Source: Camelus dromedarius
Taxonomy: Eukaryota
Length of the DNA stretch: 64,000 nt
Assembly: GCF_036321535.1 (NCBI RefSeq)
Contig: NC_087437.1
Coordinates: 93,560,001-93,624,000, forward strand
Reading direction: 5' to 3'
Shown: piece by piece, positions 26,237 through 39,245 of the stretch
Numbering within the stretch: the first letter of the stretch is position 1
Layout: every line of letters starts with the position of its first letter
Made by a program: the position numbers and the translations under genes
The notes under the pieces: model-generated
The model's database searches: none
What the model was told of the DNA's origin: nothing
What the model saw: the letters and a program-made list of their open reading frames with translations, nothing else

Positions 26237-26672
26237 GGTGATCAGGGAAGCCTCTGCAAAGATCCTAAGAAGAGAATAAATATGGTGCCAGGAGCAGTAA
26301 GAACAGTGTGGCTGAAGCAAGTCCCATGGAATGCGGAGAGTAGAAGATGGGATCATACATGCAGATACATGGGCAGGGTTTGGTTCATGCAGGAACTAAA
26401 TCAATAGCATTTTATTCTAAATGTATTGAGAGGTCAATAGGTATATATTTCAAACATTGCTGTGCTGATTGTGTGATGAATGAACTCTTAAGAGGCAAGA
26501 ATGGAAGGATTGTGATAAATGGTCCAAGAGTTATGGTGATGGCTTGGACTTGAGAGACCGTGAAAATGGGACAGATTAAGGATGTGAATTTGCAGGTATA
26601 ATTGACAGGGGTGGGTAGAGGATTTTAATAGGCATATGAAGAAAAAAAGGATTAAGGCTAACCTGTAAAATT

Positions 26673-27150
26673 GTTGTAGTCAATCTCCAAAGCAGGAAGG
26701 AACACCACTCAAAACTGTCCAGATTGATGATTCCAGATACACACTAAGAGGGTGTGAAAAGCTTCATTACTCACATAATTGAGGTCACTGGAAAGAGCAG
26801 GGCAGGCCTCTCAAGCCAGTCCAAAATGCCTTAAAAACATTAGGAAAGGACGCGAGCTCAGAGTTTTATCATGGTTAGGGATGGGGCTGGAGGGAGGCTT
26901 CCCCGGCAGGATCTGAATCTCCTGTCTGCCAAAGGAGGGAGCACCTAGGATTTCTTATCAGAATCTTGCTTGGAAGTGAGGCACGAGGGGAAAATGGGAA
27001 AAGCTGTCAGCTGTCAAACATCAAAAATGGAGCCTGAAACATTATGCTGTACACCAGAAACTGACACATTGTAACTGACTATACTTCAATAAAAAAATTA
27101 ATTTAATTTAATTTAAAAAGGAAATAAATGGAGCCATACTCCTTGTTACG
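26673..27150 (-). mobile_element. MER76-like ERVL solo LTR
   Basis: With the L1 insert removed, the reverse complement starts (C)GTAACAAGGAGTATGGCTCCATTTTTGATGTTTGACAGCTGACAGCTTT, as in MER76. Confidence 0.75.
27035..27125 (+). mobile_element. Very short 5'-truncated lineage-specific L1 (3' end only)
   Basis: TGAAACATTATGCTGTACACCAGAAACTGACACATTGTAACTGACTATACTTCAATAAAAAAA; TSD AAATGGAGCC at 27025-27034 and 27126-27135; same motif as 63148-63210. Confidence 0.9.
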
Positions 27151-27369
27151 AAGATCTAGATCTGGACAAATGAATGAATGGTAGTGCCATTTCAGGAGAA
27201 AAGGAAATCTGAGGGAGAAGCAGTATTGGCAGGGGCTCAGAAGTTAAGTGTTCTCCTGCATGTTTATAATGTTTGAGATGTCTATTCCTTTTCTGACCTG
27301 CTGTTCCCTATCTCTCTGCTCTCGTTCCTTGAACCTTTTCTCCTCCATCAATTGTGATAAAGATATTAC

Positions 27370-27640
27370 CAGTTATAATTAGAGATGTCTGGTAGCAGAT
27401 AAGTAAACTAGCAATCAAATCACACCATGTGAAAAATTCTGTGGAAGCAATAATTACAGAATTCCAGAGGTTCTGGGACAATTGGCACCTAATGCTACTT
27501 GGACAAACGGGAAAAGTTCTGTAGGGGAACTGACATTTTAAGCTGAATCCTATGGGAGTCAGACACCTGGGAAAGACGGGAGCTGGGTAAAGCTTTTACA
27601 CGCAGAGCGTCTGTAAAGTAGCATCTGTAGAGACACAAGA
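27370..27640 (-). mobile_element. L2 fragment
   Basis: GGGAAAAGTTCTGTAGGGGAACTGACATTTTAAGCTGAATCCT resembles antisense L2. Confidence 0.5.
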
Positions 27641-27908
27641 ATAATTATGAGTCATCAAGTACAGAGTACTGATTCCATCAACAATAATAATTAATTCTCA
27701 AGTTTTGATAAATATAGTTTGCTTACTATTGAGGAGTACCATTGGATCTCTATTCTGCTGTTCATAACAGGTCTTTTGAAGGTTTGCCTAACGTGAATCT
27801 GGAGATCAGTGAGTGACAGTACACCAAGTCTTTTTAAAATCTTAAGATCCAGGAAAAGTGGGAACCTCTAGCATACTTTATGAAAGTAGAAATATCAGAG
27901 CCTCTGTT

Positions 27909-27956
27909 ACTTAAACTCCAGGATATCTGGGACTTAAACTCCAGGATATCTGGGAC
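27909..27956. repeat. Perfect 23-bp tandem duplication
   Basis: ACTTAAACTCCAGGATATCTGGG x2 plus AC. Confidence 0.97.
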
Positions 27957-30900
27957 ATATCCGTGCATTCATTGCTATCATACACAAGGCTTGGTATTAA
28001 TATAACTCTTATTTTGGTAGCTCTGTGCTATTCATCCCTATTTCTGGTCTGCTAATCTGTAGTAATTCTGTATTATTTATTTAAGCCAGATTTATTATAA
28101 TTTTTTTGGTTTGGTTTTTGTTTTGTTTTCCTGTTTCTTGTTATCCACTGAATGTTTGGTCAATTGAATAGACTTCAACTCATTTTGAACTATGTTGAGC
28201 CACAAAAGTGGATCATGAGTTATGGGTTGAAGAGCATCCTAGTTTGATGGAAGAGAAGCCTTTGGTCAACTAACAGTGCCTGCCATAGTTGGAGGGCTGG
28301 GGTTTCAAGTTTTGTGTGTTCTGACTTAAGTGAAAGGGTAAAGTAAGTTAAAAATGTATCATTTCTCTTTGTTCTCCTATTTTCAGTGCCACTATTCTAC
28401 TAACCTACTCTCCTCCCCATGCCAAGTACCTGCGATATATCCAGCTGACTTCAATAATTTTTAAAGTCTCAAAAATTAAACATGTTAGGATGCTACCACC
28501 CAGAAAGTGTTTGTCCTGGAAAGAGGCCTATAATTGTAGAAATAACTTTATACGTTGTCTGCATAATGAGATTTTAAAATATCTACCATGTTTTTGGGCA
28601 TAGAGACCCCTTCATGATGCTCTCCAGTCAGTGCCCACCGGTGCTCTAATAAGGCTGTCTCTGTGCCTCCTTGGACTCATTTTAGTATTCAGAATTGTGT
28701 GATTTCTGGCTTGGTTACTCACCATTCCTTTAATTCCTTTTTACTGACCCAGTTTCTAGCTTCTATAGGTCTTTTCTAGCTTTCGTAACCTTACTGGCTG
28801 TCACTTCTATTAATTCTGTATAGTAATTAGCTCACTGCCTGGACCAACTTGGATGCCTAATCAGTATTTGTTATGATACCACTAAGTGTCAATGCTTTCA
28901 AAAGTGTAGGAGAGTTTCAAATTACTATGCAAATCTAACTGCCCAAGCAGGATGACACCATTTGAAATCTGTTGCTAAATAGTTGGTGTAATTAGTGTTC
29001 ATTTTAATACATCAAATATATTCCTTATCAGCACTCACTAGTAGATAGAAATGGCTGTAATACAGAGTGCAATCTGTTTCTACAGTTATAATGAAAATAA
29101 CTTCCTTTGCCATCAAAGCAAATGTCAAAAGCACAATTTTAGATAATGAGTGCATAATGCCATTATTTTAGCTTTTCATTCTTCATATGGCCTTCATTTC
29201 ATTTTTTAGTTAAAAATGAACAACTAGGAGGGAGTATTTATTGTGAAGATAATTGATTAAAGTGTTTTCAAATATCAACTTTTATTGAAGAAATCTACAG
29301 AAATACCCTAGCTAGGTCAGCAACCACCGTGTTGTTGATTGAATAAAAAAAAAAAAAAAAGCAGTGAAGCAAGACAGATTTAATGTAAACATGAAAGAAG
29401 TGATAATAAATAAAAGATAGAATCAAAATTACAGACATAAACTCAGAATATAACTCACTTTAAATTTATTCCAAAATTTATTTTTGTTACTTTTGAATTG
29501 ATTTCACTCTCTCCTAAAAGCAGATTTGCAAATAGTTTTCTTCTATATATTGACATTATTATAAACTGAAATTTTAATGTCTGATTTAATGTCTATTAAA
29601 TTGATAGGTATTCAGAATTCATATGATTGTTGCCTAGCTTCATGCAAATTAGGCATTTTATCTCTATTGAATAATGTTGTTTGGAGAAGAAGACAACTTT
29701 TTTTTAAAGTAAAAATCTTTTCCTTGAGCACATTTTTGTATTAACTTTTGATTGGCTCCTCAGAACCTTTCCTGAGGTTACATTCTTGCAGTTGCGAATT
29801 TGTGAAAATCTCGTTTCAAGAAACAACCAAGTATATATTGGTTTTATGATCTGGTAATAGAATGTCTAGTTTTACATGCTCAATTTTAATGAAAATGTGG
29901 TGAATGTAAAAAGCCTCTCAAACTGTCACTGTGTATGTCAAACACATGCAGTTGCTGTTTGTATATTAAAATCCCTTCTGGCCTGACAGCATGCCTACAC
30001 GTTTCTTTTTTTAATTAGAGTCTCTCTCTCTTTCTCTTTCTGCATGACAGAGAGAACAACACTCTCACTTACTAGGAGCTCTAAACAGATCTGAACATGA
30101 CTAGGTCTTTTGAATGATCCATCTATAAGCAAGATGCTTTCATAGATATTTCCCTTGCTCTCTTTCAGACTCCGTTACATGTTCTATAAAGAGGTAATGG
30201 GAAGGGCATTATCATCTATGTCCAGCGTAATTCGGAAACAGTCAAGCAGTAAGTGGAAGCAGCTGCTGCTTTCCTAAGTGTGACTAGTGCAGAGAAAATA
30301 AGGAAAAGAATAGTGAGGGAGAGCTTTCAAGGTCCCACTTCCCATGTCAGGCACAGAGCATCTGGGCTGAGATTACGTTGCAAGCAATTTGTGATTTCTA
30401 ATGGCAACATTAGGACCAAAAATACGTACATCTAATAACCTGAAGAAGAAATTGATGTATAAATTTCGCTGTTTTAGGGTTTAAGCAAATAAGCATCACT
30501 CATGTGATTGTGGAAGATGTTACAACTGGCCATTACCTAAAGACAATGACATGCTTCTCAGTATTAATTTCATATAGCTTGGTGGCTCCTTTAATTCTCC
30601 AGAGTAAGAAAATAATTGAAATTGCAGAAGTTAGGATAATGGTGCCTTGTGAAAATTAGTTCTATTATAGGAAAACAAGTGGATGTCTTTTGGTTGCAAA
30701 GCACAGAAATCAATTTCGATTTGCTTAAGTTTAGAGGAGATTTTTGTTTGTTTTTTATTGAATAAAATAAGTTATTTTAAACAATAAAAATTTGAAAAGG
30801 ATATTGACAGACTGGATTCATGTGCTGTTTCTCCAGAGTTCTGTTGATGAGCTCCCTGCAAGCTAGATTAGCATTTTATATGAAAGCCTTAAATTTGTAG

Positions 30901-31879
30901 AAAATAAATACAGAGTTTAAATAGTACAGGAAGTTGTTGAAGTATGTCATGGAAAATGAGATGAATTAAATTCCAAACTTATTATATCTAAATTAGTAAG
31001 CCAAATGAAAAAACAATTTGGAAACACACACTCATAATGCGCTTCAGAAGAACAAGAGTAAAGGATGGGGGAGAAAGTGATCAGAAGCAGTACATGAATT
31101 TAAAATAACATATGATACACAGAATATGGCTATGCAAGGTGTGGGATAGAATGAGTTGGGACACTGTCATCCTGAAAACATCTTTTCAGTCAGAGATCAC
31201 CAGCCTGTGGAACTTAGAATGAGCCACACAATGGGGAACTGAGGTATGGCCAGGTGGTTTTTGAAGCTTGAATGGTGGCTACCTAGTTATAACTTGCCTG
31301 AAGCTATAGGATCACAATATAATCTAATGTAACCATGAATTACAGTTAATGGGACAGAAAATACATCAGTCTGGGGAAAAGCAGGAAGTGAGAAAAGCTA
31401 GTGATAGTGATGGATCTATCAGAAAGAATATTCTAGCTCTCCTGTAACACAACAGGCTTCTAACATCTAGAGCTGGGCAGGAGTGTCTCTCTCACTTACA
31501 GCAGGCTCCTAAAGAGATTCTGAAGAACACAACCACCATGGGCCCTCAAGACTGTCGCTAGAGAAAAGAATTGCATCCCTTGGTGCCAAAGCTAGAGAGA
31601 GGGTCCCAGGTGAGTGGAGTTCGTACTGATACATCCAATTGTTCAGTTAATTTTCTTATATAAATGAAGTGTCTTTATTTTTGGTTTTGGTTTTTTTGTG
31701 TTGCCGTGCAAACAGTATGCCAGCACTCAATAGTCACAGTAAATTCAAATAAAACAGAGAGTTCACATTAGTATTAAAATACATGTATAAAAGTATACAA
31801 TAAATATTCTGCCTGTGATCTTTGTTTCAGCATTATAAGGATATTAATTAACAATTTTGAGGAAATGCCATGCAACAGG

Positions 31880-32060
31880 TAATAAAATCAGTAAGTACTA
31901 AATTCAGTCATGTTGCTCAGTCCTCACAACATTCTGAGATTGAGGCTGTTAACACACAATTATACCCTGTGTTTTACAATGAGAAAATTCACAGAGGAGT
32001 AACTCGTTTGTCCAAGAGCAATGGACATCTGTGTCTATAAACACCTGTGTACATTCTATT
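31880..32060 (-). mobile_element. MIR SINE, degraded
   Basis: CAGTCCTCACAACATTCTGAGA...TTTTACAATGAGAAAATT...TTTGTCCAAG. Confidence 0.6.
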
Positions 32061-32154
32061 TTCTTTTGACTATAAACTCTAATTTTTCTTATAAGACTGT
32101 GCCTCTCAACTCAGCCTATGTACATTGTAGACTAGGTTTGTAACTCAGGATGTA

Positions 32155-32296
32155 AAAGTCAACTCAAAGTTGATCATAGATCTAAATAAAAGTGCCAAAA
32201 CTGTAATACTCTTAAAAGAAAAACAATAGGAGTACATACTTGTGGTTTTGGATTAGGCAATAGATACTTAGATATGACATCAAAAGCAAATGCGAC
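32155..32296 (+). mobile_element. L1 ORF2 C-terminal fragment (older L1M class)
   Basis: AACTCAAAGTTGATCATAGATCTAAAT...GGATTAGGCAATAG..CTTAGATATGACATCAAAAGCA. Confidence 0.8.
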
Positions 32297-33545
32297 TTTC
32301 TTGTGATGTCTTTGCCTGGCTTTGCTATCAGTATAATCCAGGTCTTATAGAATAAGTTGGAAAAGTGTTACTTCCTATTTTGCTTTTGGGAAGAATCTGT
32401 GAGGATTAATATTAAATCTCTTTTAAATGTTTGATGGGATTCACCAGTGAAGCCATCTAGACTTGTGCTTTTCTTTGTGGGTAACTTTTTGATTACTAAT
32501 TCAGTCTCTTGATTGTTAAAAATCTATCTGATGGTCAGTTTCTTCTTGAATCAGTTTTTGTAGTTTATGTTTTTTTTCCAGGAAATCAAACTAAGTTATT
32601 TAATTTGTTTGTGTTATTTAATTTGTGAGAATTTATCTTCACTTAATCCTTTGAAGTCCTTTTCATCTCCATAAGGTCAATAGTGGTAGCTTCTATTTGA
32701 TTTCTGATATTGATAATTTGAATTTTTCTCTTCTTTTTCTTCATCAGTCTCACTAAAGGTTTGTCAGTTCTGTTGACCTTTCTGAAGAACCAGTTTTTGG
32801 TACCACCAATAATGCTCTGTTGTTTTCCTAGTCTTTATTTTGTTTATTTCCATTTTAATCTTTATTATTTCCTTTTTTCTGCTTTCTTTGGTTTAATTTG
32901 CTCTTATTTTTCCAGTGTCTTAAGGTGAAGGTTAGATTCCTTATTTGAAATCTTCTTTCTTAGCAATGGTATTTATAGCTATAAATTTCTCTTTGAGTAC
33001 AGCCCTATTTACTTCTCATAAGTTTGAGGATTTGTGTTTTCAATTCATTCATCTCAAGTTGTTTTAAATTTACCTTGTGATATCTTCTTGATCCAATAGT
33101 TATTGAGGTGTGCAGTCTAACTTCCACATATTCAAGATTATTCCAAATTAACTTCTGTTGTTGATTTCTAGTTTAATTCTGTTGTGGTCAGAAAACATAC
33201 TTGACGATATTTCAGTCCTTTTAAATATGTTTAGGCTTGTCTTTTACACTAGCATATAGTTTTTTGGTTTTGGGTTTTTTTTTTTTTTTTTTTGCTTTTT
33301 ATGTTTGTTTTTTCCTGGAGAATGTTCACGGTCAGTTGAGAATATGTGTTCTGCCATCGATCGGTGGAGTATTCCGTATGTACCTGTTAGGTCTGTTTGT
33401 ATTTTAATGTTGTTCGAATGTTCTATTTCCTTGTTGACTTTCTGCCTACTTGTTCTGTTTATTATTGAAAGTATGGCATTAATACCTGTAACTATTATTG
33501 TTAAACTCTCTATTCCTCTAATTTTGTCAGTTTTTGCTTCATGAA
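32297..33545 (-). mobile_element. L1 ORF2 endonuclease-to-RT-start fragment (older L1M class)
   Basis: Reverse complement gives IILIAKPGKDITRK at the left end, GLDGFTGE, and SDHNRIKLEI (endonuclease). Confidence 0.9.
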
Positions 33546-35539
33546 ATTTCCCATGTTTCAGAGAACCTCATTACTTGATAAGTCTTATAACAGGGATACA
33601 TTCATTTTAATATAAACATTTACTGTTACTTTAAGTCTAGCCCAGACAACTAAGTCTCTTTTAGGAAGGAACAAAATAAAATCTGGAAAATTCACCTGGG
33701 GAATGCAGGAACGTAGCAACTATTAGACCAAAAAAGACATACAATTCTTTTATGGTCCACTTGCCAAAAACATTAGAAGACACAGGAGAGAATGTACCTG
33801 AATACTTCTAAAATTATTCAGCTGGAACAGAAAGTGACCTTGTTGTAATGCTATAGATAATTCCTGTTACTAACTTTGAACAGTTTTGAACAAATCTAAA
33901 AGGATTAATTCAGCAAAAATGATTTTTGGAAAGCCCAATGACTGATTTTAAGGACAATTTGTCTTAGGTATAGAAACCTTTTCTGGTTATGTCTTCCATC
34001 ATCCTTATAAAACAGGGATAAAAATGAGAGTGCAAAATACAAGAGCAAGTGTTAGGCAACATTGACAATTACCTGCCTAGTGTTTCTGGTTTTGACAGTA
34101 GCCAAGGAGATCAGAGAACAAAGACAAAGAATTATGCAAAGAAGGAAAAATTCATCATTGTGGGGAAAAATATCAACTGGTTCTAGTTTTAATTCCTTTC
34201 ACTTTCTTCACAAAGAAGCCTTGTCTTCAGTGGCCTCTCTCTGACCATCAATACTATTGAGCACTAAAACTTTCTATTATGATTGACTTATTCTCAGGAA
34301 AACTGAACTGTATCTGGGCAAAACAGATATACTATTATGAGACATACTTGTGGAAAAACACTTAGTAAGGTATTGAAAAAGCTATCAAATATACTGTAGA
34401 ATATAAAACTTTATTCTGTCTTGACTGTCTCTTTTGTGCCATTTCTTCACCCAGAAGCCACCATATGAAGCATAAAGTTGCAGTGCAGATTGCAACTAAT
34501 TGTTCTAAGAACTTGCTCCATGCCTTTAGATACCACTTGACCTGTTGTACCTGGAAGAAATTTCTTTAAAAGTGCTTAAGAAAGAGGCTATCTATCTACA
34601 AGTTGAAGGAAGGGCAAGTAAAAACAATAATGGCCTTCAAGATGAAACAAATATTTCCATTCATATTTGAACAACAAACATTTAATTAAATCAGTAAGGG
34701 ATAGCTAAGATTGCTAAGGATTGATTCTTGATCTGGAATAGTAGAACAGAAATTATCAAATGCTAATCAAGAACAAAGTATTTGCATAACCCTTCAAGAC
34801 AAAAAATAGATATCAACAATATGAAAAGTGTTGGATTGCTGAAAAAGCTCAGAAGAGGTTCCTCTGGTGGATTGTGAAGACCCAATGGAAAACGTGAGAT
34901 CTGAGGAAATGGGAGTATTTCAATAAACGGTGACAAATGAGGACATCATCATAGGTAACAGAAGTGCACTAGCAAAATGAAGGTGGTTTGAGAGCAGGGC
35001 ATAGGTTGGTTTGACCTTCTTTGTGAAGAAAGACTTTTGCTCCCAGTAAGCAGACAACAAGGCTAACTTTGTGGTCTCTAAGATAGACCTCTGATGGTAG
35101 CCGACTAGACTTTCTGAGATGTCAGGAAGGGCCTCACATAACTAAGCTACTTAATGTAATCAGGTTTGTCCTGCAGCAGTTCACTGGCTAAATTAGGGTA
35201 GCTTGGAGACCAGAGGACGGGTAAATACAGGAAAATACCAGTTGCTTTCAAAGATAAATTGCATATGTAACTAAGGACGAATACATCGAACCCTGTCTGT
35301 CACGAGTTTTTATTCATCCACTCTCCTGGGAGTCTACGCCTATTTCTTACATTTCCCCTCGTCAAGTCTCTCGAGATTTGCCCTTTTTGTGTGTGTGTGT
35401 GTGTGAGACTAAGCCCACTACTCTGGGAAGCATAGTCCTATCCCTCACAGGATGGATATATTTTATACTTCATCCATCACCAGATTCCCTCCTACTTCAT
35501 TCTCAAGACTAACTCTTTTTTGATCTCTGAGATGGACCC

Positions 35540-35602
35540 ATATATATATATATACATATATATATGGAGCCAAATACACACACACACATACACACACACA
35601 CG
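35540..35602. repeat. (TA)n/(CA)n compound microsatellite
   Basis: Direct reading. Confidence 0.9.
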
Positions 35603-35762
35603 CATTCTCTCATGGCCAAAACAACATAACAATAATAGTACCTACTTCAATGGATTTTTGCAAAAACTGAATGAAAAAAATTCTTGTAAAGTGTATAGAC
35701 TGTTGCCATGAACATAAAATATACTCAGTTAAAGATAGGTTATATAATTATGATTATTATTA
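35603..35762 (+). mobile_element. MIR 3' half
   Basis: AATAATAGTACCTACTTCAATGGATT...TGTAAAGTGTATAGAC...ACTCAGTTAA. Confidence 0.65.
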
Positions 35763-37182
35763 AAGCTCACTGCATGCAGAAATCAAAATTCATTTTTAGA
35801 ATTTTCAGCTTCAATACTTTTCAACACAGAAACAGAAGCTTACTTAAGGTAGTAAGTATATTATGCTAAAGCAATTTCAGTTGTTTTTTCTAACCACATT
35901 ACATGGCACCCTGTTAAAATACTTTTAAAAAAATTATTAATATACTTTTTAAAAAAGTTTAAGACAAGCTGTGCCTACAATTCAAATTAATACATTTAGC
36001 AGGCCATTTATATCTCATTTACTTTATTTTATATCCTGTATGGCACATTCAAGTAGACTTTTTTTAAAGTTAATTTAAAAATTTGACACCCAATCTTGAT
36101 AATTTTAGTAGTTTGATTTTTGATGCTTCACTGAAATGTTGAGTTTCTTGAATTAAGTCTTTCATTAAACTACAAATCTCTTTTAGGCTCATTGTGCTCA
36201 AAGAGGCTTGTTAAATAAATATTCCTTTTCAGACTGGAGAGAAAAATCAGTGCCTAAAAGAAAAACAATTAGTCAACTATATTAGCAGTGCAAAGTTTTG
36301 GCAGGATAAAGGGTTCCATCAGACTCCTTGCAGAAAGATGACTAAGGGGAAACAAGTAGGTAGATTTATCTATCACCTGGAAGAGAAACAGATGACTGTG
36401 GTTTGGTGACTGTTTCATTATGGAGAAAGAAGAGAGCTGTGAGTCTAAACACCTCAGAGGTGTGAAGTAGGGATGAGTCTCAGGCATATCCTTGAAGGCC
36501 CTGGTCCTTTGGCGTTCAGACATTCATAGTCACACAAGGAGTACTGAGTGTGTTGGGGGGATCTCAGCTTAGGAGAGCCAGCTCAGGGTCTCTTTCCCCT
36601 GCTGTGTACTCATCTATGTGGTCCCCAAAGGTGTACATGAGAGTGCCCGTTCTTTTGTGCTTCTGCAGCTCACAATATTGGTCAGACATTGCTCTATAAA
36701 AAATTTCAACAATAGATGCAGGAATTTAATCTACTAGATAGTGCTCAGCTGGACTTTCATCTATCTTGAAATTAGTATGAATAATTTCCTAAAAAATTGT
36801 CTTGAGTAATGTTATAAGAGATGTTTAAACAAGGATTACATTCTCAGGCTTCTTTACAGGGAGAGAAAGGCCACGTAACAAGCCATTTTCTTTTTTCCTC
36901 TACTAGTTCAATTTCCGTTTTTTCAGGAGCTAAGCAATCATTTATAAAAAATTTTCTAGAACCTTGGCTTGAATACGTTAATTAGTCTATCTTGTTGAAG
37001 CTTATCTTTAGAGCATATAGGCTGTACATAACCCTTTTCTGTCATCTCACTGTACCACTTATTATATTCTTAATTTAACAAGTTTGAGGTTAATGTCTGT
37101 CATCATTTTGGATAATCTAGGTTGCGTTGTTTCAAAAATCAGTTACACTCCTAATACATAAGATCAGTTTATTCTTTCTCAG

Positions 37183-37184
<2 letters not shown>

Positions 37185-37214
<30 letters not shown>
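37185..37214. repeat. (GT)15 microsatellite
   Basis: Direct reading. Confidence 0.97.
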
Positions 37215-37217
<3 letters not shown>

Positions 37218-37729
37218 AAGTGAGGGATGGGCTGGGGAGAGGAATAGAGAGAGAGAGAAATTCTTTTGAGATATTACCTGTGTGAAGACCAAATACCCCT
37301 CTAAGACATCAGGCCAAAGGAACCTCTTCAATCACTTCTAATATTTTAAAGACTACTGATCAGGGGTATTATAAAATGTCTCTCATTCTAAGTTTGTTTC
37401 ATCTTTTCTCATGACTACTCCTGATATTTTGATTTATTCCATATATCTTAACATTGGTTTAAAATATCTTCATAAGCAGGTTAACATTGATTATAAAAAC
37501 TGGCTTTGCTTGTGGCACCAAGAGGCATTACTTGAACTTTGGACACAGGGTCTAATTCTTCCATTAAAGAGTAAGTGGAGAGATAAGGTGGGAGTGGTAG
37601 GGCGGAAACTAGGGGAATCTGGCAAACCTTAAACCGTTTTATTTTCTTTACTCTATCTCTTGTAAATAACTAAGAAGGACCCCAAGTGTTGAGTACATTT
37701 TCCTGTTTCTCTCCCTTTTTTACAATGTG

Positions 37730-37915
37730 CATAAGTACCATTTACTGATTTACTATATGCCTTTCTATTGTGGAGATTTGCACATTCACTGTAGGTGAGG
37801 AAAGCACTATCCTCAAAGAACAGAAGTAATTTGTCCAGGTCACATGGCTAGTGAGTGGCAGGGTCAGGAGTGACCTTAATATCTGGACTTCCTAGACTGT
37901 CAACGATCTCTACTG
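37730..37915 (-). mobile_element. MIR SINE
   Basis: AAGTAATTTGTCCAGGTCACATGGCTAGTGAGTGGCAG MIR core. Confidence 0.75.
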
Positions 37916-38737
37916 ATTTTGAACCCAGAAGAACAAAACAGTCAAAAGTGCAAGAGAACAGAAAGAATGTACGTGTTAAAGGTCAACACTAAGAGCTGCC
38001 AAGAAGAAAGGAAATCCTCATGAAGTACCCCAAATGCTAAGAATTGGTGCTTTTTTTTTTCTCTAAAAGGAAAGGTGTTTTGTTAGACTCATAATATTTA
38101 TAAAAATGTTTTTTGATGGGGGAGAAGCAAGAGAAGAGAGGATAGAAGAGAATAATGAATGTTTCAGTGCGGGAATAGCCAGGGTGGTGGCCAAAAGAAG
38201 CGTCATCTATGAAAAAAGAGAACAGAGGTTAGCAACCTGGAGACCTGGCTGTGGAAAGTAAAGGATTCTGTGACCAAGAAGAAAAATAAAGAAGTGTTCT
38301 GAGGCCATGGACGAGAGGAAAAGGGAATGAACACCTGGGCCCAAGAAATCTCTGTATGGACAAGAGAGTATGACAGGACCACAAGCTGTATTTCAGAAGA
38401 GGAAAGGCATGAAGACATTTCCTCCATCCTGTGGGGGTGGACTGGAGAGCAGAGCAGGCATTTTCTGATACAGTAGAGTAATAAATAGTCCATAAATCCG
38501 TTACCTCTCTCTTTCTTTCACATTCAGTGAGGATGGTGCAGACATAGCTGCCATTTAACTGGTGTATATGATATAGCTGTAACTGTTTTCTAAATGTTGG
38601 AAGATCTCTGTCCTGAATGTAGGTACTTCCTTGAGCCCTGTGAGCACCTGCTACTACCCTTGCCCCCTCCCCCAGGACTCAGCTTCAGTACTACACACAG
38701 TGCCTATTCTGATAGTTTGATCTCATTACACTTGGGT

Positions 38738-39245
38738 CTTTTTCTCCAGGTTTGTGGAGATACAATTGGCACATAAAAATTGTATATATTTAAGGTGTAC
38801 AACACGATGGTTTGATATACAGTTGACTGCTGAACAACATGGGTTTGAACTGCATGGGTCCACTTATAGGAGGATTTTTTTCAATAAATACATACTATAG
38901 CACTACAGGATCCATTGTCCATTGAATTCAAGGATGGAAACCAGCAGATATGGAGGGGGACTGTAAAATTAAGTATAGATTTTTCAACTGCATGGAGGGT
39001 CAGTGTCCCAGCCCCTGAGTTGTTCAGGGGTCAACTGTATGTCTGTGTATGTATGTGTGTGTGTGTGTGTGTATAGTTATATATAACATACAGTTACATA
39101 ATAATATATTAATACTATATTATTATAATTATATATTATTATATTTTATATATTATTTTTATATAGTATATAGTAAAATGATGATCACAACCAAGTTAAT
39201 TCATACATACATTTCCTCATATATTCACTTTTGTGCCTTTGTGAA
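38738..39245 (-). mobile_element. L1MA-type 3' end, interrupted by a Tigger MITE and microsatellites
   Basis: GAGATACAATTG..CATAAAAATTGTATATATTTAAGGTGTACAACACGATG; resumes as AAATGAT..CACAACCAAGTTAATT. Confidence 0.75.
38820..39037. mobile_element. Tigger2-derived MITE, same family as 6734-6948
   Basis: TIRs CAGTTGACTGCTGAACAAC / GTTGTTCAGGGGTCAACTG; TA on both sides. Confidence 0.92.

Larger units (their letters stand above)
25265..27290 (-). mobile_element. L2 LINE split by MLT2 and MER76 insertions (pieces ~25265-25535, ~26237-26672, ~27151-27290)
   Basis: TTTATTCATTTAACCAA (L2 3' tail); GTGATCAGGGAAGCCTCT; CAGTGTGGCTGAAGC; GGTAGTGCCATTT, in collinear order. Confidence 0.75.
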
